Of a stretch of 64,000 nt of DNA, positions 46,386 to 56,071 are shown piece by piece. The DNA is taken from assembly GCA_964581775.1 (NCBI GenBank), contig CAZOQA010000001.1, positions 38,646 to 102,645 of the forward strand, written 5' to 3'. The DNA comes from an uncultured Thermoplasmatales archaeon (lineage in GTDB: Archaea; Thermoplasmatota; SW-10-69-26). Numbering within the stretch: position 1 is the stretch's first letter; each line of letters opens with the position of its first letter. Under the pieces are notes generated by a model. The model was not told the origin of the DNA and did no database searches. It worked only from the letters and a program-made list of their open reading frames with translations. The position numbers and the translations under genes were made by a program.

Positions 46386-47048
46386 TCAGCGTCGGCGACG
46401 GCTGGCGAGGGCCGCCGAGAGGGCGGCCGCGGGCACGATCCAGGCGGGCAGCGGGATGCCGTTGCCCTCCTCGCCGCCGTCGGATCCGTCCCCGGCACCG
46501 CCGTCCTCACCGTCGTCCTGGTTGGGCTCCGCGTCGGCCTGCACGTTCACGCTCAGGGGGGCCAGATCCGAGGCCCCGGGGAGCGCGTTGGGTCCGCACG
46601 TTTGCGGGTCGGCCCCGTCGAACGTGGCTTCGATGTTCAACTGGGTGGAGAAGTCGCTGGTGGTCCCGCTGGGCGCCTGCACGTCCACGGTGACGCTTGA
46701 CGTCTCCATGTACGGATCCTGCTCGAGGGTCGTGAAGTACAGGTTCGCCGGGATGGCGAATGTGATCTCGCTCTCGGAGACGCTGGGCACGACCCCGTCG
46801 GAGCCTTCAGCGGTCACCGCGACGGGAACGGCGGTCTCTTCGGCGCAGAAGAACTCCTCGGCCTGGAACGTGACGTCGACGCTTGCGCTCTGGGTCGCTC
46901 CACCCATCACGTCGACGGACTCGTTCGCATCGACGAGGACGCTTACATCCTGCGCCGCGGCCGTTCCGGCCAAGGCAAGCAGGAGAACCAACCCGGTAAC
47001 CCCGATGGATCGTGAAAGCAACGGTTGCACCTGGCCGGGCAGGACCAA
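46386..47048 (-). CDS. secreted surface protein with C-terminal anchor/sorting tail
   Basis: Signal peptide, beta-rich Ser/Thr/Val body, acidic Gly-rich linker (DDGEDGGAGDGSDGGEEGNG), then IPLPAWIVPAAALSAALASRRRR. Confidence 0.5.
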   Translation of the reverse strand: MVLPGQVQPLLSRSIGVTGLVLLLALAGTAAAQDVSVLVDANESVDVMGGATQSASVDVTFQAEEFFCAEETAVPVAVTAEGSDGVVPSVSESEITFAIPANLYFTTLEQDPYMETSSVTVDVQAPSGTTSDFSTQLNIEATFDGADPQTCGPNALPGASDLAPLSVNVQADAEPNQDDGEDGGAGDGSDGGEEGNGIPLPAWIVPAAALSAALASRRRR

Positions 47049-47292
47049 GGGGGCACTTGACGCTTGTGGATTTACCCTTCGAACGACGCGGCCCAGAGGA
47101 CGGGCCTCACAAGGCGCGCTTGGCCTCGACCCGAGCCGGCATGGAGGGTCCCCCGTGAGCCTTGTCTGTGCGCTTGCTCGACGCGATCTCTCGCACCGGC
47201 ACCCGCGACCGGCTCGTCGAGACGCTCTTGGACGCGCAAGAAGCTCCCTCGCGCGTGCAACGCGGCTTCCACGAGATGACGGACGACGAGGC

Positions 47293-47655
47293 CTAGCTCG
47301 AGCCGCGGGAGAGCTCGACCTCCGCGTGCCGCATGGACCCCTCGATCGGGGGCGCCTTCTTGCGCACGCGAACCGTCGCCTCCTCCCAAGAGAGCCCCTC
47401 CAGCGCGTCCAGGATCTCCCCCGCCAACCCCTCCAAAAGCGGGTGCTCGCCCTCGTCCACGACCGCTCCGATGCGCTCGTGCACCTCCCGGTAGTCCACG
47501 GTGCGCGAGAGCTTGTGCATGGACCCCTGCCCCAACGGGACCGAAAGCTCCACGTCCACCTCCACGTGCGCCCCCACCTCGCGCTCCTCGGGGCTGTGCC
47601 CGATGCTGCCGAAAAAGCGCATCCCCTCCAAGCGCAACCGGGCCGTCTCCGTCAC
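47293..47655 (-). CDS. folB: dihydroneopterin aldolase
   Basis: RLEGMRFFGSIGHSPEEREVGAHVEVDVEL...VDYREV shows the FolB fold. Overlaps the folP start by 4 nt. Confidence 0.75.
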   Translation of the reverse strand: MTETARLRLEGMRFFGSIGHSPEEREVGAHVEVDVELSVPLGQGSMHKLSRTVDYREVHERIGAVVDEGEHPLLEGLAGEILDALEGLSWEEATVRVRKKAPPIEGSMRHAEVELSRGSS

Positions 47656-48482
47656 GAGGCACCCTCCACGGCCTCGACCGTGCGCACCACGTCCAACGTA
47701 GCCCCCACGTCGTGCACGCGCAACACATCCACGCCCGTTCGAGCCGCCAACGCGGCCACCGCCAACGAGCCCGGCAACCGCTCCTCCACGTCCCGGTCCA
47801 GAAGCTGACCGAACATGGACTTGCGCGAGACGCCCAACAAGACGGGGTACCCCAACCGGGACAGCCAGCCCGAGGCGCGGATCAGGCGAAGGTTGTGCTC
47901 CAACCGCTTGCCGAACCCGATGCCCGGGTCCACCGTGATGTTGCCCCGCTCGACACCGGCGCTCATCGCGGCCTGGACCCTCTCCAGCAGGAACTCGGCC
48001 ACCTCGGGCACGACCGCCTCATACGAGGGGGCCTCCTGCATCGTCTCCGGCATGCCCCTGCGGTGCATCAACACGAGATCTGCCTCGTGCTCGTGGACGA
48101 CATCCAGAAGCTCCGGATCGTCCCGGCCGGCGCTCGTGTCGTTCACGATGCTGGCACCCGCCTGCAACGCTGCGCGAGCCGTGGAAGCACGGCGCGTGTC
48201 CACGCTGATGGGAACGTCCACTCGCTCTGCGAGCTCCTCCACGACGGGCACGACCCGCTCTTGCTCCTCGTCCGGGGGCACGGGTTTGCTTCCGGGTCGC
48301 GTGCTCTCGCCGCCCACGTCGATCAGATCGGCCCCGGCTTGAGCCATGCGAACGCCCGTTGCGAGGGCCTCTTCCCCGCTGGGCCGCCGGCTGCCGGGGT
48401 AAAAGCTGTCCGGGGTCGCGTTCACGATGCCCATCACGAGCGAGCGGCCCCGAGCTTCGCGCACGCGTCGGATCTCGCCCAT
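47652..48482 (-). CDS. folP: dihydropteroate synthase
   Basis: MGIVNATPDSFYPGS, IDVGGESTRPG, and the pterin-binding TIM-barrel motifs. Confidence 0.9.
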   Translation of the reverse strand: MGEIRRVREARGRSLVMGIVNATPDSFYPGSRRPSGEEALATGVRMAQAGADLIDVGGESTRPGSKPVPPDEEQERVVPVVEELAERVDVPISVDTRRASTARAALQAGASIVNDTSAGRDDPELLDVVHEHEADLVLMHRRGMPETMQEAPSYEAVVPEVAEFLLERVQAAMSAGVERGNITVDPGIGFGKRLEHNLRLIRASGWLSRLGYPVLLGVSRKSMFGQLLDRDVEERLPGSLAVAALAARTGVDVLRVHDVGATLDVVRTVEAVEGAS

Positions 48483-48488
48483 GGGTGC

Positions 48489-49778
48489 TCAGTTGATCAG
48501 GTTCGGCGCCACGTCCCGCACGGCGCCGGCCAGGTAGAAGCTTCCGAACGCGAGCACGACGTCCTCGGGGTCCGCGGTGCCGAGCATCGTCTTGAGCGCC
48601 GTCTCGAGGTTGTGGACCGTGCGCACTCTGGAGCAGTGCCGGTTCGCTTCGCCCGCGAGCGCTTTCGCGTTCAGCCCCCGTTCGCCGCTGCCGGGGGGCT
48701 TGGTCACGAACACCTCTCGGGACTCGGGCGCGAGGATCTCCATCATGGTGGAGTAGTCCTTGTCGCGCAGGGACCCGAACATGATGTAGTACTCCTCGAA
48801 GTCCTGTTCCTGGAGGAAGGTTCGAAGCGTGCGCACCGCGTCCGGGTTGTGGGCGCCGTCCACGATGAACGCCGGGTTCTTCTGCAGCACCTCCATGCGG
48901 CCCGGAAGGAAGGTCTCCTCGATGCCCTGGGTGATGGCCTCGTCTGGAGCGTCTAGGCCTTGCTCGCGCAGGATGTCGAACGTGTGGATCGCGATGGCAG
49001 CGTTCGAGGCCATGTGCTGGCCCGGCATCCGGCTGGTGATCTCGCCGTAGCCCTTCTCGGGCAGGGTGAAGGTGATCCCGTCGAGCGAGTGCTCTTGGAT
49101 CTCGGGGCGGCCCAGCGAACGAAGCACCTTGAGCGGAGCCCGTTGCTTGGCGGCCTCGGACCACACCGCCTTCAGGGCGAGGCCTTCTGCCCCGGTCACG
49201 ACGGGGACGCCGTTGCGCATGACGCCCGCCTTCTCCCGCGCGATTTGCTCGTCCGTGTCCCCGAGCTGTTGCGCGTGTTCGATGCCCACGTTCGTGATGA
49301 CGGTCACGGCGGGGTCTTGCAGCACGTTCGTGGCGTCCTTGGCGCCGCCCAGGCCCACCTCGATCACGGCGTAGTCTACGTCGACCTCGGCGAAGTGCAC
49401 GAACGCCATCGCGGTGAGCGCCTCGAAGTAGGTCGGTTCGAGCTCTTTGGCCTCGGCTACGTCCAGGACGTGGTCGGCCAGCTTCGTGAACCGGTCCTCG
49501 TCGATGGGGTCCGCGTCGACGCGGATGCGTTCGGTGACCTCATGCACGTGGGGGCTTGCGTAGGTGCCCACGGTCTGACCGGCCTCGACGAGCATCGAGG
49601 AGAGGTATGCGCACACGGAGCCCTTCCCGTTCGTGCCGGCGACGTGCACGGCCTCGAGGGAGCGTTGAGGGTTCCCGAGCGCGTCGAGGAGGGCCTCAAT
49701 CACGTCGAGCTCCAGGTTCATGTCTCGGTCTTTGAGCGCGTCCAACCGCTCGGTGAGGGAGTGTTGCTCGGCCATCAC
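48489..49778 (-). CDS. folC: folylpolyglutamate synthase / dihydrofolate synthase
   Basis: Mur-ligase P-loop VAGTNGKGSVCAYL and the FolC C-terminal domain. Confidence 0.9.
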   Translation of the reverse strand: MMAEQHSLTERLDALKDRDMNLELDVIEALLDALGNPQRSLEAVHVAGTNGKGSVCAYLSSMLVEAGQTVGTYASPHVHEVTERIRVDADPIDEDRFTKLADHVLDVAEAKELEPTYFEALTAMAFVHFAEVDVDYAVIEVGLGGAKDATNVLQDPAVTVITNVGIEHAQQLGDTDEQIAREKAGVMRNGVPVVTGAEGLALKAVWSEAAKQRAPLKVLRSLGRPEIQEHSLDGITFTLPEKGYGEITSRMPGQHMASNAAIAIHTFDILREQGLDAPDEAITQGIEETFLPGRMEVLQKNPAFIVDGAHNPDAVRTLRTFLQEQDFEEYYIMFGSLRDKDYSTMMEILAPESREVFVTKPPGSGERGLNAKALAGEANRHCSRVRTVHNLETALKTMLGTADPEDVVLAFGSFYLAGAVRDVAPNLIN

Positions 49779-50428
49779 GATGTCACCTCAGGCACGAGGA
49801 GGCGTTGGTCAGGGAGATCCACGTCGCCTTTGATGCGGGCTTGGTCCCCGTCCACGTGGACGCGGCCTTCCGCGAAGAGACGAACGCTTGCGGGCAGGAT
49901 CTCGTGCTCGGTCTCGAGGATGCGCTGGGAGAGCGACTCCTCGGTGTCGTCGGGGTGCACCGGGACGGCGGACTGCAGAAGGATGGGGCCATCGTCCACG
50001 TCCGTGGTGACGATGTGCGTGGAGGCGCCCGCGATGCGGACGCCTGCCTCGAGCGCCTGCCGTTGCGCGTCCAGCCCCTTGAAGGAGGGTAAAAGCGAGG
50101 GATGAACGTTGATGATGCGGCGTGGGTACGCGGAGACGACCCGTTCCGATAGGATGCGCATGAACCCGGCCAGCACGACCAGCTGGGTCCCCTCCTCGTC
50201 CAGGATGCGAACGAGCTCGTCCTCGAACGCTTCCTGGGGCCTCCCGTTCGGGTCCACGAAGCGAGCCTTCACCCCGAACCGTTCGGCTCGGTCCAGCGCG
50301 GTTGCGTCCTCGTTGTCGCTGAGCACGGTCTGGATGCTCGCGGGACCCAGGCGGTCCTCACGCTGGGCCTCCAGCAGAGCCTGGAGGTTCGTTCCGCGAC
50401 CGGACGCGAGGACAGCGACGTTGAGCAT
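49775..50428 (-). CDS. purN: phosphoribosylglycinamide formyltransferase
   Basis: MLNVAVLASGRGTNLQAL; NVHPSLLP; D...H catalytic pattern of the formyltransferase domain. Confidence 0.9.
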   Translation of the reverse strand: MLNVAVLASGRGTNLQALLEAQREDRLGPASIQTVLSDNEDATALDRAERFGVKARFVDPNGRPQEAFEDELVRILDEEGTQLVVLAGFMRILSERVVSAYPRRIINVHPSLLPSFKGLDAQRQALEAGVRIAGASTHIVTTDVDDGPILLQSAVPVHPDDTEESLSQRILETEHEILPASVRLFAEGRVHVDGDQARIKGDVDLPDQRLLVPEVTS

Positions 50429-50574
50429 CGAACCTTGACCGGTACACCCTTTAGGCCCATCGACGAATATACGTTTTCCTACTCCAGGGCTCAGAAGCCC
50501 CCTCGTTCACGTGAGAAGGTTTCTCACGCCTTGCGTGGGCAAACCATCATGCCCCCTGCCCCTTATGCCTCGGC

Positions 50575-52155
50575 GTGGGCATCGACCAGGTCGACCTGAA
50601 CACGTTCCTCGAGGAGGGCCTCCCGGAGGCGCCCGACGACGTCACGCCCGAGACGGGCACCGTCGAGCACGCCATGATCGAGCCCGGCACCCTGGAGGAC
50701 CGACCCTACCAGCGCGATCTCGCCGAAGCCTGCCTGGGTCATCGAAGCCTCATCGTGCTCCCCACTGGCCTCGGGAAGACCATCGTGGCGCTGCGAGCCG
50801 CGGCCGAGCTCCTGCAGCGGCGAGCCGGGAAGATCGTCATGCTCGCCCCCACCAAGCCGCTCGTCCGACAACACGAGGACACCTTCTCCACGTTCCTACG
50901 AGCCCGCGACATTGCCTCCGTAAGCGGCTCGATCCCACCCGACAAGCGCGCGTCCATCTTCCACGACAACCGCGTGATCCTCTCTACGCCCCAAGGCTTC
51001 CGGAACGACCTGGAGGCTGGACGCATCACGCTCGAGGACGTCGCGCTCTTGATCATCGACGAAGCCCACCGCGCCGTCGGCGGCTACGCGTACGTGCCCA
51101 TCGGGCAACGCTTCCTTGAGGACAGACCCGACGGGACCCTCATCGGGCTCACCGCCAGCCCGGGCGGGGACCGCGAACGCATCCAAGAGGTCGTCGACCA
51201 CCTCGCCATCACGAACGTGGAAGGACGCGACGCGGACGACCCCAGCGTGCAACCCTACGTGAAAGAGACCCGCGTCAAATGGGTCCGCGTGCCTCTTGAC
51301 GAGACGCTTGAAGGCATCCGCTCCAAGCTGCAACAGGTCGTTGACGAGCGCGCCGAGACGCTCAAACGCGCCCGCTACCTCCCCCCCAAACCGTACGTCT
51401 CTCGCAAGGACGCGATCAAGGCCGGCAACAAGATTCGCGCCGAACTCGACAACGCCCGCAACAAGGGCCCGCTGTTCGGGATGCTGCACAACCAAGGCGT
51501 CGTGATGCAAGGCCTGCACGCGCTCGAGCTCGTCGAGACGCAAGGCATCCAACCTCTCCGTGACTACCTGACCCGTCAGTCCAAGGACCCTGGCTCGAAA
51601 GCCGCGCGCTCGTTCCTCGGGGACCAACGCGTCGCCGACGTGTTCGCCCAGGTCAAGGACCACGAAGGGCCCAGCCACCCCAAGATCAAGGCCCTGATCC
51701 AGGTCCTCGAGCGCGAGATCGACCAGAACCCCGACGGGCTGATCATCGTGTTCGCCCAGTACCGCGACACCATCCGCTCCATCGTGGGCGCGCTCGAAGA
51801 GGTCGGAATCCGCGCCGAGAAGTTCGTCGGGCAAGCAGACCGAGACGGCGACGACGGCATGTCACAAGACGAGCAGGAGACCGTTCTCGACCGGCTCCGC
51901 GAGGGCCGGTTCCGCGTGCTCGTGGCCTCCAGCGTCGCCGAGGAAGGGCTCGACATCCCCAGCGTGGACCTCGTCGTCTTCTACGAGCCCGTGCCCAGCG
52001 AGATCCGGCTGATCCAACGCCGCGGACGAACGGGTCGACAGCGACTGGGCCGGATGGTCGTGCTCCTCGCTGAGGACACCCGAGACGAGGCCTTCATGCA
52101 CGCTGCGCAAAGCCGCGAGAAGAAGATGCGCCGGCTCGTGCGCGACCTCGAGTGA
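50575..52155 (+). CDS. Hef/FANCM-like DEAD/DEAH helicase, helicase domains only
   Basis: PTGLGKT Walker A, DEAH (IIDEAHRA), ASPGG (motif III-like), helicase C (LVASSVAEEGLDIPSVDLVVFY, QRRGRTGR). No ERCC4 nuclease or HhH2 domain follows (526 aa). Confidence 0.8.
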   Translation: MGIDQVDLNTFLEEGLPEAPDDVTPETGTVEHAMIEPGTLEDRPYQRDLAEACLGHRSLIVLPTGLGKTIVALRAAAELLQRRAGKIVMLAPTKPLVRQHEDTFSTFLRARDIASVSGSIPPDKRASIFHDNRVILSTPQGFRNDLEAGRITLEDVALLIIDEAHRAVGGYAYVPIGQRFLEDRPDGTLIGLTASPGGDRERIQEVVDHLAITNVEGRDADDPSVQPYVKETRVKWVRVPLDETLEGIRSKLQQVVDERAETLKRARYLPPKPYVSRKDAIKAGNKIRAELDNARNKGPLFGMLHNQGVVMQGLHALELVETQGIQPLRDYLTRQSKDPGSKAARSFLGDQRVADVFAQVKDHEGPSHPKIKALIQVLEREIDQNPDGLIIVFAQYRDTIRSIVGALEEVGIRAEKFVGQADRDGDDGMSQDEQETVLDRLREGRFRVLVASSVAEEGLDIPSVDLVVFYEPVPSEIRLIQRRGRTGRQRLGRMVVLLAEDTRDEAFMHAAQSREKKMRRLVRDLE

Positions 52156-52191
52156 CGCCGTGCGCCCTCCTGACAGCCCGGCTCCAAACGC

Positions 52192-52199
52192 TTTTAACC
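52192..52199 (+). promoter_or_regulatory. TATA-like TTTTAACC motif upstream of tRNA-His
   Basis: cgcTTTTAACCcgg lies about 45 nt upstream of the tRNA 5' end. The same octamer occurs upstream of prs (58282) and the M14 gene. Confidence 0.4.
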
Positions 52200-52243
52200 C
52201 GGATGCGGGTTCGGGTCTTCGCCGCGTAACCGCGGCACACCCT

Positions 52244-52317
52244 GGCCCGCGTAGGGTAGAGGTCATCCTCACGGCCTGTGGAGCCGTGGAGGCGGGTTCG
52301 ATTCTCGCCGCGGGCCC
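52244..52317 (+). tRNA. tRNA-His (anticodon GTG) with genomically encoded G-1
   Basis: Acceptor GCCCGCG/CGCGGGC preceded by G-1 opposite discriminator C. Anticodon stem ACGGC/GCCGT with loop CTGTGGA. T-arm GCGGG-TTCGATT-CTCGC. Confidence 0.85.
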
Positions 52318-52346
52318 TCAACATACCCCCAGCGGGGGCTCTTGGC

Positions 52347-52568
52347 TCACGTCTTCGCGAACACCAGGCCCGCGTCCCCATCCTCCGTGACCGGGACCGG
52401 CGCGTACTCGGCAGGATCCCACACGTACGCGCCCCCCACCTCGACGTCCACGTGGCTCAACACCCGCCGGTTCAACCAGGCATCGCGGGCGTAGCCCTGA
52501 GCGTTGTCCTGGTAATGTTGACCCGGCGCAACGGACGAATCCGCGTCGAAAGGAGCATTGGACGCCAT
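52347..52568 (-). CDS. hypothetical small protein
   Basis: 73-aa ORF with non-Arg-rich composition immediately downstream of tRNA-His. No domain recognised. Confidence 0.25.
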   Translation of the reverse strand: MASNAPFDADSSVAPGQHYQDNAQGYARDAWLNRRVLSHVDVEVGGAYVWDPAEYAPVPVTEDGDAGLVFAKT

Positions 52569-52644
52569 CTGATCAGGCCTCCCCTACGCGTCTCTTCTCC
52601 ATCCCTCATGAAACCTCTGTCAGGACCATCGAATCGTTGCATGA

Positions 52645-54948
<2,304 letters not shown>

Positions 54949-54951
54949 GCA

Positions 54952-55503
54952 TCAGCCCCGGTGGAGGGCTTCGTCCCGGTTGTCAGGGGATGCGTCCGTG
55001 CTGGTGACATCTTGGAGCCGTTGGACCCCGTCGACCGTTTCGATGACGCGCGCGACGGCGTCTGGGACCAGCTCCTTCCAGCAGCCGTCGTCGCGCACCA
55101 TGCGGTTGCGAACGCGCGTGGCCTCGTACCGGTCTCGTTCGACGAGATCGAACGATCGCACCTCGTACCCGGCTTCCCGGAACAACCGCGTGGGCAGCGG
55201 GTTGTTCATGTAGCACACATCGAAGGGGGGCACGAACGTTTCCACGTGGCTGACCCACAACGAGTTGCGGTGGATGTCGGGTACGGGGATGATGGTGGCT
55301 TCGAGGCCTGCCTCGACGAGGCTTTCTTCGATCATCCACACGCGCTCGCCGGCCGTGAAGGGGTTCTCGAAGCTGTGGGAGTATTGGCTGGATCCGACCA
55401 CGATGAGCAGCCGGGCCACCTCGCTCGTGATGTCCTCGATCACGCTCATGTGGCCCTTGTGTAAGGGTTGGAAGCGTCCGAGGAACAAGGCGCGGGCGCC
55501 CAT
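54952..55503 (-). CDS. nadM: nicotinamide-nucleotide adenylyltransferase (archaeal NMNAT)
   Basis: GRFQPLHKGH (HxGH nucleotidyltransferase motif), ISSTxxR-like region. 183 aa. Convergent with gyrB. Confidence 0.85.
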   Translation of the reverse strand: MGARALFLGRFQPLHKGHMSVIEDITSEVARLLIVVGSSQYSHSFENPFTAGERVWMIEESLVEAGLEATIIPVPDIHRNSLWVSHVETFVPPFDVCYMNNPLPTRLFREAGYEVRSFDLVERDRYEATRVRNRMVRDDGCWKELVPDAVARVIETVDGVQRLQDVTSTDASPDNRDEALHRG

Positions 55504-55566
55504 CGTCTCGGCCAGGCGACCGGTGATAGAAACCTGCTTCGGAACCGCGCCCGGTTGGAGCCCGGG

Positions 55567-56022
55567 TCAGGGTCGAATCACGAGCTCGTACGTGGCGACC
55601 GTGGCTCCGTCTTCGTCGGTGACGATGACCTCGAACTCGTCGCCGGGTTCAGCCACGGTCCCCGAGGAGGATGAGGTCCACGTGAACACCGCGTTCGAGG
55701 CGGACCCGGAGAGCGGTTCCTCGGCCACGACCACGTCGTTTTTCAGCACGAGGCCGTGGTAGACGGGCTGCGATCGGTCCAGATCGAGGGCCGTTTGCGG
55801 GGCATCCTCTTCCCACCAGGCGTCCGCTTGGGAGAGGTCTCCGCTGGTCAGCACGATCTGCATGACGATGCCGCCGGAGCCCTCGCTGGCGTGCAGCTCG
55901 GAGCGGGTGTCGGTGGAGGCGATGCAGCCGGCCGTGAGGCTGGCCAGGGTCAGGCAGGTGGCGGCTGCGAGAGCCCGGCGTGTCGACGATCGCACAAGAA
56001 CCCCGAGCGCGGCACCCGGCAT
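55567..56022 (-). CDS. Tat/Sec lipoprotein, hypothetical
   Basis: TRRALAAATCLTLASLTAGC signal plus lipobox, then a 120-aa beta-rich acidic domain. Confidence 0.5.
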   Translation of the reverse strand: MPGAALGVLVRSSTRRALAAATCLTLASLTAGCIASTDTRSELHASEGSGGIVMQIVLTSGDLSQADAWWEEDAPQTALDLDRSQPVYHGLVLKNDVVVAEEPLSGSASNAVFTWTSSSSGTVAEPGDEFEVIVTDEDGATVATYELVIRP

Positions 56023-56071
56023 TTAACGGTTGCGCTGGTGTGCCCGTTGCGTCGGGTCGTCCCTGATAAGG

